From Ylistrum balloti (lineage: Eukaryota): a stretch of DNA of 64,000 nt. Position numbers and translations under genes: made by a program. The notes beneath the pieces were generated by a model. It worked only from the letters and a program-made list of their open reading frames with translations, was not told the origin of the DNA and made no database searches. Location: positions 806,001-870,000 of the forward strand of contig NW_026782006.1 in the NCBI RefSeq assembly GCF_031769215.1, read 5' to 3'. Within the stretch, counting starts at the first letter, position 1. Each line of letters starts with the position of its first letter. Below are positions 1-13,100 of the stretch, piece by piece.

Positions 1-199
1 GTCATGACATTTGTATTGTATAACCATTTGAAGGTACTTTGATGACTTTGCTGGCAGGGTCAATTGGAAAGTTCATCTAGTGCTCTATGATTTTTTTTAT
101 TTTTTTTTTTTGTATAATTTGGTAGAAAAGGCAACATCTCAGCTTCTGTTGAATTCTTGTCTATGTAAATAATGTAATATCAGTTGGTATATGTATGTC

Positions 200-578
200 A
201 ACAACCTGATGTCAGTTGGTATGTAAACAATATGATGTCAGTTGTTATGGTAACAATATGATGTCAGTTGTTATGGTAACAATATGATGTCAGCTGGTAT
301 GGTAACAATATGATATCAGTTATTACGGTAACAATATGATGTCAGTTGGTATGGTAACAATATGGTGTCAGTTGTTATGGTTAAAATATGATGTCAGTTG
401 GTATAGTAACGGTATGATGTCAGTTGTTATGGTAACAATATGATGTCAGTTGGTATGGTAACAATATGATGTCAGTTGGTATGGTAACAATATGATGTCA
501 GTTGGTATGGTAACAATATGATGTCAGTTGGTATGGTAACAATGTGATGTTAATCTGTATGGTAACAATATGATGTAG
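200..578. repeat. 26-bp minisatellite (~14 copies), intronic
   Basis: Unit ATATGATGTCAGTTGGTATGGTAACA. Confidence 0.95.
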
Positions 579-714
579 TAATTGATTTGATAAATCTCCA
601 TGTTTCGTTTGTTTAGTATATGATGTTTCTAACCATAATGATATTTTTGTTGGAAGTTGACAATAAATTCTTTTGTTTGCTGACGGTGTACTTACTACAC
701 TATTTCTGTTGTAG

Positions 715-3700
715 TTTGACCAGGTGTTTGAGATGGCAGATGTTGCTGTGAAGAAGGTAGCTATGTTACGTGACTATCATCATAAGTCTTTCACCAAGCT
801 CAAGGAGATGTGCATGCAAGCTCAAATATTGGAATCAGGGGAGACAAGTCTGGAGGACTGTATCATTGCACTCAAACGCAACATAGGGGACGGGGCTGAA
901 CTTAAGGTAAATACTGTCACCCTCTAACACAACATAGGGGACAGGGCTGAACTGAAAGTAAATATGTCACCCTCTAACACAACATAGGGGACGTGGCTGA
1001 ACTTAAGGTAAATACTGTCACCCTCTAACACAACATAGGGGACAGGGCTGAACTTAAAGTAAATATGTCACCCTCTAACACAACATAGGGGACAGGGCTG
1101 AACTTAAGGTAAATAGTGTCACCCTCTAACACAACATAGGGGACAGGGCTGAACATAAGGTAAATAGTGTCACCCTCTAACACAACATAGGGGACAGGGC
1201 TGAACATAAGGTAAATAGTGTCACCCTCTAACACAACATAGGGGACGGGGCTGAACATAAGGTAAATATGTCACCCTCTAACACAACATAGGGGACAGGG
1301 CTGAACATGAGGTAAATACTGTCACCCTCTAACACAACATAGGGGACAGGGCTGAACATGAGGTAAATATGTCACCCTCTAACGCAACATAGGGGACAGG
1401 GCTGAACATAAGGTAAATACTGTCACCCTCTAACATAACATAGGGGACGGGGCTGAACTTAAGGTAAATAGTGTCACCCTCTAACACAACATAGGGGACA
1501 GGGCTGAACTTAAAGTAAATATGTCACCCTCTAACACAACATAGGGGACGGGGCTGAACATAAGGTAAATAGTGTCACCCTCTAATGCAACATAGGGGAC
1601 AGGGCTGAACATAAGGTAAATAGTGTCTTCCTCTAACACAACATAGGGGACGGGGCTGAACATAAGGTAAATATGTCACCCTCTAACACAACATAGGGGA
1701 CAGGGCTGAACATAAGGTAAATAGTGTCTTCCTCTAACACAACATAGGGGACAGGGCTGAACATAAGGTAAATACTGTCACCCTCTAACATAACATAGGG
1801 GACGGGGCTGAACTTAAGGTAAATAGTGTCACCCTCTAACACAACATAGGGGACAGGGCTGAACATAAGGTAAATATGTCACCCTCTGACATAACATAGG
1901 GGACAGGGCTGAACATAAGGTAAATAGTTTCACCCTCTAATGCAACATAGGGGACAGGGCTGAACTTAAAGTAAATATGTCACCCTCTAACATAACTTAG
2001 GGGACAGGGCTGAACATAAGGTAAATAGTTTCACCCTCTAACACAACATAGGGGACAGGGGACATAAGGGTGTCACCCTCTAACACAACATAGGGGACGG
2101 GGCTGAACATAAGGTAAATATGTCACCCTCTAACACAACATAGGGAACAGGGCTGAACATAAGGTAAATAGTGTCTTCCTCTAACACAACATAGGGGACA
2201 GGGCTGAACTTAAAGTAAAAAGTGTCACCCTCTAACACAACATAGGGGACAGGGCTGAACATAAGGTAAATATGTCACCCTCTGACATAACATAGGGGAC
2301 AGGGCTGAACATAAGGTAAATAGTTTCACCCTCTAATGCAACATAGGGGACAGGGCTGAACTTAAGGTAAATAGTGTCACCCTCTAACATAACTTAGGGG
2401 ACAGGGCTGAACTTAAAAGTAAAAATTGTCACCCTCTAACACAACATAGAGGACAGGGCTGAACTTAAAGTAAATATGTCACCCTCTAACATAACATAGA
2501 GGACAGGGCTGAACATAAGGTAAATAGTGTCACCCTCTAACACAACATAGGGGACAGGGCTGAACATAAGGTAAATAGTGTCACCCTCTAACACAACATA
2601 GGGGACAGGGCTGAACATAAGGTAAATAGTGTCACCCTCTAATGCAACATAGGGGACGGGGCTGAACTTGAAGTAAATACTGTCACCCTCTAACACAACA
2701 TAGGGGACAGGGCTGAACATAAGGTAAATAGTGTCACACTCTAACACATCATAGGGGACAGGGCTGAACATAAGGTAAATAGTGTCACCCTCTAACACAA
2801 CATAGGGGACAGGGCTGAACATAAGGTAAATAGTGTCACCCTCTAACACAACATAGGGGACAGGGCTGAACATAAGGTAAATAGTGTCACCCTCTAACAC
2901 AACATAGGGGACAGGGCTGAACATAAGGTAAATAGTTTCACCCTCTAACACAACATAGGGGACAGGGCTGAACTTAAAGTAAATATGTCACCCTCTAACA
3001 TAACATAGGGGACGGGGCTGAACTTGAAGTAAATACTGTCACCCTCTAACACAACATAGGGGACAGGGCTGAACTTAAAGTAAATATGTCACCCTCTGAC
3101 ATAACATAAGGGAAAGGGCTGAACTTAAAGGAAAATATGTCACCCTCTAACATAACATAGAGGACAGGGCTGAACATAAGGTAAATAGTGTCACCCTCTA
3201 ACACAACATAGGGGACGGGGCTGAACATAAGGTAAATAGTGTCACCCTCTAATGCAACATAGGGGACGGGGCTGAACATAAGGTAAATAGTGTCACCCTC
3301 TAATGCAACATAGGGGACGGGGCTGAACATAAGGTAAATAGTGTCACCCTCTAATGCAACATAGGAGACAGGGCTGAACTTAAAAAAAATATGTCACCCT
3401 TTATTACAGTAAAAGGGAAGGGATTGGAATGCAGACAGGATATGTATTTGTTCACATCTAAACTAGAGGGATGAAATCAATGTTAAAACACAACAGAGTT
3501 CAGTCAAGGGAAAGTAGAGAATATAGTATATTACCAATTTGACAGGAAGTGAAAACAAAACAATCTTTATGTATTTCATGAGAGGAGTATTCTTTCATTG
3601 AATTCATGAAAGATCAGAAGGATGAAGTTTGACTGTTAAATTTTTCTGTATCTTTATTGATCTTTAATTTCATTTTCTTGGTATGATTAAAATTTGGTGT

Positions 3701-4464
3701 TTCAGGTGAAAAAAGACGAAGATTTTTGTAAGCTAGAAATCATCTCAAAAGATGATGATTTTAAACCAGTGAAGAAAATGAGAGTTCTTATGAAACTCTT
3801 CCATAATGAGGTATGTTATCAGTTGACTAGTTAGCACTGTAATGTTAGGCATCTATCTACATCATGTTATTGTGATGCTGTAATCAGACACACAATACCT
3901 GTCATCAGTTGTCACTTTTCCTAAAATACTATGATCTACTTTTTACTGTAAAATCCAAAGAAATAAGATCTTAACCTCTTAGAGAGAGGATTACTGATGC
4001 ATTGGGTTGGAGAGTTTTGTTAGTACATTACAACTGGTAAACTGACTGATCCATTTATAATTTGATGTCAATAACTCACTGATTATTTTGTATAATATCT
4101 GGTCAGTTATATAGCTATTTGTAATTTGATGTGGATGACATACTTTTAGAAATGTGTTGAGACTTAATATGGTTCTTTCCTCATACAGTTTGCTAATGTG
4201 TGTAAGGCCATACTGAAGGAATGTCCTGTGATAGATTCCAACCTGCAGACAATGGATGCTCGCCTCAATACCATGTGTGATGAATGCTGGGATGCTGTTG
4301 CCATGGTAGACAATGTTCCACGAGGTCGAGCAGACATCAAAGAAATATCAGCAATCATTGAACAAAATCGTGCAAAAATGCAGCACGCATGTTTGGAATC
4401 ACGATCAGCTATTCAAATCGTTGAGGATTCCAAGAAGAAAATAAAAGCCGCATTTCTGTGGTAA
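715..4464 (+). CDS. 3' part of an uncharacterised, probably alpha-helical protein gene (5' exons lie upstream of the window); exons 715-906, 3706-3810, 4189-4464
   Basis: Canonical AG/GT junctions (gtag|TTTGAC..CTTAAG|gtaaat; ttcag|GTGAAA..AATGAG|gtatgt; atacag|TTTGCT..TGGTAA). All are phase 0 and join into one open frame FDQVFEMADVAVKK...AELK/VKKDEDFCKLE...LFHNE/FANVCKAILKEC...KIKAAFLW*. No family recognised; the first exon could instead start at the AG at 722-723. Confidence 0.75.
875..3400. repeat. 51-bp minisatellite (~49 copies) spanning the exon 715-906 donor site
   Basis: Unit AACACAACATAGGGGACAGGGCTGAACATAAGGTAAATAGTGTCACCCTCT. Confidence 0.97.
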
Positions 4465-5069
4465 TGCTGTCTGTGGTTAGCCATGTTTATGAGACTTGCT
4501 GATCATAGTCTCTGCCATCATGGAGAGATAGTTTTGAAACTTGTTTCTCCATACTTATTCTATGCAAATTAACTACTGTTAAATTTCACTATATAAGTCA
4601 ATATCCTAATGAGAAAGAGTTGGGCTCATTATATGTCAAATTTCCTTATGTTGTATCTGGTAATTTTGTTTTAATTAGAATATTCGGTTAAAATTGCTGA
4701 AGGGGTCAATTTGTAATACACAACAAGAGTATGATGATGCTCCTTAAGATAACAATGAAAATATCAACACTTGTATTGACTATAATTACAACTTCATGGC
4801 CCTGCTTACTTCTGAATGTATTCTAATGCTGAAAAAAAATTTATATAGTACATATTTATATATACCTCATGGTTAGATTTGAAATCAACTTGAGAAAATG
4901 TTGTGTTTTATTTACACTTACCATCTATTTTTAGACATTACAGAATTTCAAATTTGTCTATATCTTATGCATCTGAAACCCATCACAAACTTTTCATTAA
5001 AGTGTGATTACAAAATGTTATAAGCTGCGTAAACTTGACTTGAAAATGAAACAGATGTGATATCTTCTT

Positions 5070-5375
5070 TGTCATTTTGATTAAATGTCAGAATTTTATT
5101 TACACTGTACATGTTTATATGTAGGTAAGGAATGTCATTGTGATTAAATGTCAGAATTTTATTTACACTGTACATGTTTATATGTAGGTAAGGAATGTCA
5201 TTGTGATTAAATGTCAGAATTTTATTTACACTGTACATGTTTATATGTAGGTAAGGAATGTCATTGTGATTAAATGTCAGAATTTTATTTACACTGTTCA
5301 TGTTTATATGTAGGTAAGGAATGTCATTGTGATTAAATGTCAGAATTTTATTTACACTGTACATGTTTATAAGGA
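5070..5375. repeat. 63-bp tandem repeat (~4.5 copies)
   Basis: Unit TTAAATGTCAGAATTTTATTTACACTGTACATGTTTATATGTAGGTAAGGAATGTCATTGTGA. Confidence 0.95.
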
Positions 5376-7559
5376 ATGGATGTAATATTAGTTTTCTGTT
5401 TTTTGATACTTGTTGCGGATATATACAAATGTTAACCATATTGATTGCTATTTTCACTTTAACCTAAATAACACACAGGTTACTTAATATTACATGTAAA
5501 ACAAATCCTTCATTTTGTCAGTATTGTTACTATGGTAACAGTATTATATCATGATAGAGACCTTTTTTGTTTTATATTTAGAAGCTGGCCTTCTCTCTCA
5601 AGGTTTGTGCAATAGAAAACTGTTTTAAAGGTCAGCTAGGAGAAATAAAGAAGAATTTAGATAAAAACATGCTGTTCCACGATACAAGGGGTCTTACATG
5701 TAGCTTTCTTTTGATATGTAATCTATTATATGAATCTTAAGAGATTGTAGTTTCATAAATCACATATCAAATCAAAGATTTTTTAATCACAACATGATTG
5801 ATTATTTTGGTAAATATTGTAGAAAATGGACATTTCAATGTCAAATGGAAGTAATTATGGCTGTTTGATTTACACTGTTACATTTCCTTGCAGTCTATTA
5901 TCTATAAATCTAAAGTCACAAAAGGATATATTACATAAAATATAGTATGTGAAAACATCACATTGTTCACTGAATAACAAATAGCTAATCAGTCATGTGA
6001 TACCACACTTTGAGTTTAGCTATCTAGGCCTCCATTTCTACCATACAGGAGAAACCTTGATCACTTCAGTCAGTTGTTGTCTGGGGATGATGGTTTTAGC
6101 ACCAGCTGCTAGATTAAGTCTGATATTCCCAGTGATTATTGATACATGTAACTTCTGTCTAAATTAAAATGCCAGATGTGATATTAGCTTAATGTGAAAG
6201 CTATTGATGAACAGAAAAAGTTATAGAATTAACTGGACTTTAGGGTTTAATCTGAAAATATTCCGCCATAGATTTTGCTTAATCTGACAATAAATGAAAA
6301 TCTATCATGATTCTATTAATTTGAATTTAAAAAAATATGTTTTGATGTTTTTTCCACGTGTAAAAGCTGTATAGTACAATATATAATTTCACATATTATA
6401 AGATTGTTTAGGCAGAGAGCATCGTTTGGACAAAAGGTTTATTTTTATATTGAAGACTTGTAGGTTCAGAGTATATGATATCCTATCATTGATAACTAAA
6501 GACATGATATGAATATATATTCTCTATAACATCACCTGGCTGTACTTATCATAAATACTTACCTTGTTTGGTATTGTCTAAAATTACTTAGCGTGATACT
6601 CCTAGATAATCATCAGATCAAATACAGACACCAGTGGTGAAATGAGATAGATATTCCTATATTACTTTCACTTTACGTGTAGAAAATGGCAAAATTCTAC
6701 TTTCACTTTTTGAAATATGGAAGACAGTATATGGATGGATTTTTAATACTTCTACACATTTCATTACTGGTATATTCAGTTTAGTTGAAGTTCAGGTAAT
6801 CAAATTGTAATGAACACTGAGAACTAAATATTTTGATATACATATTTATATACCACTCTTTTCAACCTGCTATGTCTTCTTACCATTTCGTATGTTTTCT
6901 AACATTTCAAATATTTTTGTTGTTTCACATATTTTCGATAATTTCGTAGATTCATTAAATAATTTGTTTTTGTTTGTTTTCTATCATTTCGGTACTGTAT
7001 CCTATTATCTAGTTTAATTTGTCTGTAAGTATAACAGCTTACACCATACACAGTTATTAACAAATGATATATCTAAGTTTAAGACACGTCCAAATAAACG
7101 AAGCTGGTCTTCATGGATTCACATCACTCTTAATTATTTGTTCTCTTGTATTCATAGGTCTTACACATATATCTGATATATTGATATACTTGTCTTTTGC
7201 TGGCATTGTTTAATGTGAAGATTCATCATTTCTCATTTAAAATGCTGGAATTGGTCTTCAGATACAAATATATTAGTCATGTTTTAACAAAAATACCTTT
7301 AAGGAAATAATTATTTAAAACTTTCCTAAATCGTGACATTTGGTTCTAGGTATGCAAAGATTTTGATCAGTATATAAATATACACCCAATTTGAAAAACA
7401 CCATTCAGATAAGTATGGTCATGGACTCAGATGTGACTTTATGCCTGTGGTATGTTTTTTTTTCTACCATAAGATTCGTGTAAATTCTAAACATTCCAGA
7501 GTTCTTCCATTCCATTAGTTAAAATGTAATCATGGATAGTTTTATTATGGATGTCTTTA

Positions 7560-9760
7560 TTTATAACCAGCAGTCACATGAACATCACATTTCAAGTTTA
7601 AACTTTTTGAGTTTGGATCAGAAAAAAACCCAGCCGACATGCGGCCATCTCGGACATTGACAAGAAAATGTTTCTTGAAAAGAACTGTAGGAATCTTTCT
7701 CAGATATAATATGAAGTTTTCCTATGGTCCCTAGTTGGATTCTTATGATGTAAATTTGTAATCACTATTTCTTAAGAATCACTGGGTACATCTTTCCCAA
7801 TTTCATATTTATGTTTTGCTTGGTCCTTTGTGCCCATTTGATTTTAAGACTGAGCCTAAAAACAAATTGGTTGTCAAGCGACCATCTTGGATTTTTGTTG
7901 TTGAAGGTTTATTATCGCTTTTACCAAAAATGTAATGGATGGATCTTTCTCAAATTTCACATGTTGATTTCCTTTGGTCTTAGATGTACCCATTTGATTT
8001 TAATACTCATCAGAAAAAGAAAATGGCCGACCGGCGGCCATGTCGGATTTCAAGGGTGTAAAGGGTTTTTTTTTTTTTTTTTTGGCCCCTTCTTGTATCT
8101 ATTTGATTTATGGACTAATCATAAAAACAAAATGTTGGACAGACGGCCATCTTGGATTTGGACAATAAGGGGTCGTTATCGCTATTTCTTGAGAAATGCT
8201 GGATTTATCTCTCCAAAATTTCATGTATAGGGTTTCCTTAGTCCCTTGTTCTGTCTGTCTGATTTTAGAACTTATCAGGAAAATAAAATGCCCGGCAAGC
8301 GACCATCTTGGATTTTGAACAATAAAAGAAATATACTCGTTATTTCTTGAAACGTTTTGGATAGATCTTTCTCAAATTTAATATGTAACTTCCTTTTTTG
8401 TTTTGCCAATTTGATTTTATGACTAATCATAAAAACATGATGTCCGACAGGCGATCATCTTAGATTTTGATAAATGAAAGTTTGTTATTGCCATTTCTCC
8501 GGGACTCCAAAGAAGCACAGAATATGCTTGAGCTGATGAATATAATTCGTAACACATGTGTGGGAAGGCAATGCGTTGGCTGTTCACACTTCCAGCAGTG
8601 GGAATTGACTAACACTCAGGAGCGGCGACCGATGGTTCAGAAGGACGTACGGACATTAGAAGAGAAGAGACGGAAGCAGAAATCTGTTGAACTGAGTAAG
8701 CAGGGTTCATGGACGAAATGGAACCTCCAAGACAGAAAGCTTACATGGATGGAATCGTGGATGACGGAACCCGTTAGGATATCAGCTATGCTAAAATCAG
8801 TGTATGACACTCTTCCATCGCCCGTCAATCTGCACTCGAATTGCAGACTATGCAACCAGAGAAGGTCAATGTCTCACACATCCTGTCTGGATGCAAGGAA
8901 GCACTTCGGCAAGGAAAATACCGATGGAGACATGACAATGGACTTAGAGTATTGGCTGATATCCTGGAGACGGAAAGACGGAAGAAGAGGACAAATCGGC
9001 CAGCAGCACAGTCTGCTATTCGGTTTGTCAGGCAAGGTGAAAGAGGGAAAAGAAGGAAGAGAAACAATTATGCTATCTTGGATAAGCCTCAATCATGGGA
9101 GATGAAGGTGGGCTGGGACAGGAAGCTTGTCTTCCCGAATGTCGTGGAGACAACGCTTAGGCTTGGCATCGTGGTGTCATCGCAGCAGTCTTCATCGCAA
9201 TAGAGCTAACGGTGCTATGGGAAGTAGGTTGCGAAGAGGACCATGAAAAGTAGAAAACCAAGTATGAAGAGTTGATGGCGAAGTGTAGAGAGAAGGGATG
9301 GACTGTTTGGCTATTCCCAGTGGAGGTGGGCTGCACACACTAGGGACCACAGGAAAAGTTCGAAGTGCAGCCATCATATGTTTTTCACAAACTGCAGAGA
9401 AAGCATTGTGTTGGCTATGGCACTGACGAGACGAGCCGATTTGAAGCCAACATAGACGAGCAGTGGCTTGGTCACCACTGCTGACCCACCAGCCGGAGGA
9501 TGTTGGGGTTTAGGGTCGAAAAATCTGAAGAGGTCTGAATACTTCCTGATGACGTCTACAGAGTCTTCACAGCGGAAAGACACCAGTGACATGCTACACA
9601 CAAGGGATGATATGTAAGTTACCACGAGAAGTAATGTATATATCTTTCTCAATTTTCACATATGTATTTCCACTGGTCTCATGATATGCCCGTTTGACTT
9701 TTAGGACTGGTCAGAAGAACAAAATTGCTGACAGGCGACCATCGCGGATCTTGAAGTATG
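7560..9760. repeat. Degenerate ~130-160 bp repeat carrying GCGRCCATCTTGGATTT, interrupted by the LINE fragment
   Basis: Motif copies near 7641, 7878, 8033, 8143, 8298, 8450 and 9735, each followed by related TATCGCTATTTC / ATCTTTCTCAAATTT segments. Confidence 0.7.
8500..9635 (+). mobile_element. 5'-truncated, frameshifted 3' end of a restriction-like-endonuclease non-LTR retrotransposon (HERO/NeSL-like)
   Basis: Across frames: CRLCNQ..SHILSGCKEALRQGKYRWRHDNGL (CCHC zinc knuckle), WEMKVGWDRKLVFP..VETTLR, IELTVLWE..E.HEK*KTKYEELMAKCREKGWTVWLFPVEVGC and AEKALCWLW. These are typical C-terminal motifs of RLE-clade LINEs; the copy has frameshifts and an in-frame stop. Clade assignment is from memory. 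Confidence 0.8.
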
Positions 9761-10109
9761 ATATTATTATAGTTGTTTATTAAGAGTAATTTTCAAATTT
9801 TACCAAGAGCAAAAATCAGAAGAAAGAAAGAAAAGAATAGGAAGAAAACGACCGATTTTGGGTGCCATGATCCTTCTGGTATCTTCTGTTTAATATCTTA
9901 GATATATTTTGAATCTGTGATTTTTGTTTCGACATACACTTCGTCATTTTCCTATTTTTGCGATTCATTGAAGAAAACGAGAAAAAATATTGTCTGTATT
10001 GCGGTAGAATAAGTCTAGGAGAGATGTTTAAAGAATGTTTACACTTAAGTTCTGCTAATATGTATAAATTAATTGAAAGGACACCATATCAATCAACATA
10101 AGAAATATT

Positions 10110-10115
10110 TTTATT
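10110..10115 (-). promoter_or_regulatory. Candidate polyadenylation signal of gene A
   Basis: TTTATT on + (AATAAA on -) about 30 nt after the stop codon. Confidence 0.35.
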
Positions 10116-10146
10116 GTCAAAAGAAAAACACCTGTCCAGGTCAAAA

Positions 10147-13100
10147 TTAATGGTTGTAGCATCCTTGAAGATCAACCCGCATACAAGGCCTGTGGGAGCG
10201 ATTCCAGTTGGTAGGCACAAACCGGACATACCGTGCGTCGACAGGCTGGGCCAACGACGAAGTATACACACTGCCAGAATCACTGTATCCTGGGTAGATC
10301 TGTAAATTAATAATTAATTTGTCTTCTTGCTTGGGAGAGTATTATTAAGATTTTTATTTTGTTGCGAACACTTGCTTTATGAATAACACTAAAGTAATAC
10401 TTACGACTGATGCAGATGTACTGTTGCAAACGTATATATTGTATATCGGAAGTGATGTGGCTTGACTACTGATGTTGGTATCTTATTTGACGAATATCTT
10501 CCTAAGAAGTAAAGCCGTTGGTGCATTATGAATTCCACACCTTTTTCATTTTACAATATGGCGTTGTATGTGTTCGATACTAGTAGAATACCTGGTAGTT
10601 TCATTGTCATTCACCCTGATGTTTACATTACTTCATTGGATTGACAAAGAAGACTGTTCTGGTACACGTGGTCTTATTCTCCTTGTACAGTTTGCATTCG
10701 TGTAAATCTTTCGTTTATTGCACCAACTGACTCGGTAAAAACATTTAAAATTTCATTCTTTGACCTCGCTTCGTTGATTTTGAATCATCATATTCTTTAT
10801 CAACACACGCACCCTCACACACACGCACACATATGTATAAATAAATATATATATGAAAGCCCACATACTGGGAAAACTGCCATATGCCTTGCTAACTTGT
10901 GTTAAACCCCTTCTGAAACTGAGTCTGTCCTCCACCATATACACTTTATTTGGTATATGGCACAGAGCAGTTACTTTATTAAGAAATGGTATTAGCATCA
11001 TGACTTATTAACGTGATATGTACATTTTTCTGAAGCAACAGTCATACTGCAGCAGTTGTTTTGATTACCTAGGACTTGGTGAGAATATTTACTAGAAAGG
11101 TGATCTTCAAAATGATGCTGGTGATGCATTACTTATAGATTTACCTTTGGACTGACGCCGGAAGTGGTGTAGTTGGTGAAAGAATTGCCATCTACGCTAA
11201 ATTGTAAATAGAACGCTGTTGTGTAATAGTAGCTGGAACAACCTTGCATTTGCACGCCATTAATCTGTGTCACGTTTCCTGGTGGATCAGAATAGTTCAC
11301 TTGTGAGTCTAATCGTTCCTTTAGATACGTTTCTAAGCTCAAGTTCCGTTTGGATAGGCAAGTAATAATGACCAATATTCAAAATATGATATAGGTAAAG
11401 TTAAGTGTTTATTACGGAAGGTTAAGGTCATCATGCCCTGACTTCTAATCTGCGGTAAAGGTGAAGGCCGCATTAATTTTATATAATTTTAAATATTCAC
11501 TATATACCATTTTTACCAGCCTCATCCTGTAATGATCATGACTTACCTAGGTCGACCTGAAGCCATGACTCACTGTCCATTCCATACCATCCCGCTCCGT
11601 TCAACCGCCCATTGTATGCCAGGTAAGTACTGTAGGATTTGTATGCCGACATGTGCGCGTCAGGTACGACTTTTTGACGACTGTCCACTCCCAGACTGTT
11701 ACTTCTGCAGTCTTAAAAGTAAAATATTGTTTTTGTTTACGCAATAAGCGTTAAGATACGTTAGTATTTGGGAAAATGAACCTTATTGTATCCTCAATAC
11801 TTACAAAGATATTTGTTATTGCCGATGATACATAGAATATTTAACACGAATAATGAATCCTCAAGAAAACACTGCAAGAATCATTTCAGGTTAAAATGTT
11901 ACGACATTATTTCCTACTTAATTGTATTTTCTTTAAGGACAAATACAACATGTTACAAGATATTAGACAAAACCTACCCACGTTGCATGTTTTCCCTCCG
12001 TATGGGTGTATACAGGTGCACTGAATGTCGCTTATAACATCCTGACATATCCCTTCGTGTCTGCATGTTGTTCTCGTACATGAATTGCTACCTACATATT
12101 AACATTTTAGTGAAACATTGCTGTTTTAACTTACAACTGCTTAGTTCACTGACATAAGTATTACATGTGGATGTAAATGGTTTGCAGCAAGTATTCACGT
12201 CTTCTGCATTAACAGTAAAACTATTTAACGTAAATTGGAAGGATTAACCAAGATACTATGACGTATTCAGGGACGTTAATTACTTAAAGCTTGTATCAAT
12301 TTCATTTAGTTAAATTAATTTCGATACCCTACAAATGTAATGAAAACTTTATACTTGTACATTTTAATGTTTTGATACATAAGCATGTTGCCTTAAATAA
12401 GGGTTCAATCAAGCTATTGGTATAAGGAAAGGAATTTTAATTTGGAAACGTTAAAATGTTACTGCTGTTGAAGTTGTTTCGTTTTCACCGAATGACTGAC
12501 AAAAATAAACAGATAAGGATGCTAAATATTGAAGATATTAGATATAAGGAAAATTATTGCAACGTTTGATACACAATGAGAAAAAGAAGGTTGTGTAGTA
12601 TGTTACTCACCTCTAACTTTCATCTGCAGTACTTTGTCGGCGTATTTGCCTTGGTAATCAGTAGCCCGGATCGTGAAGGTGTACGTTGTGTCAGCATCAG
12701 GAGCAAGACCCTTTACCAGACCTAATGTGGAATCAAGTGCTACACCTGGGGGTAGAGCGCCTGCTACAACCGAATACGTTACCTGACCTCCTTCTGGGTC
12801 CTAAACACATCAAGTATATCAAAACAATGAACATTAACATGAAATGTTAATAAGAAGTGAGACTAAAAATACAAGCATTCGTCATGAAGGTACTTCATAT
12901 AAAGTGTTATCGTGTACAGGTATATGGCATGTCAACATTAATTAAACTCTAATTTTAATTAAATAAGGGCGAAATACGAACAAAAGATTTACACGGAAAC
13001 CATTGAAGAAGTAAGAGGTGAAGATATCACAAGATGTATTATCGTACATGTAAATGTTCGGTTTGGAAAGTCAGTCAACTTGCTTATAGAAATAAGAGGG

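Noticed and set aside
1025-3330. Minus-strand repeat ORFs (MFSPVPYVVLEGDTIYL)n
   Set aside because: Antisense translation of the 51-bp intronic array.
7811-8230. 139-aa ORF
   Set aside because: Lies in the degenerate repeat, includes a poly-T run (FFFFF), and has no splice or homology support.
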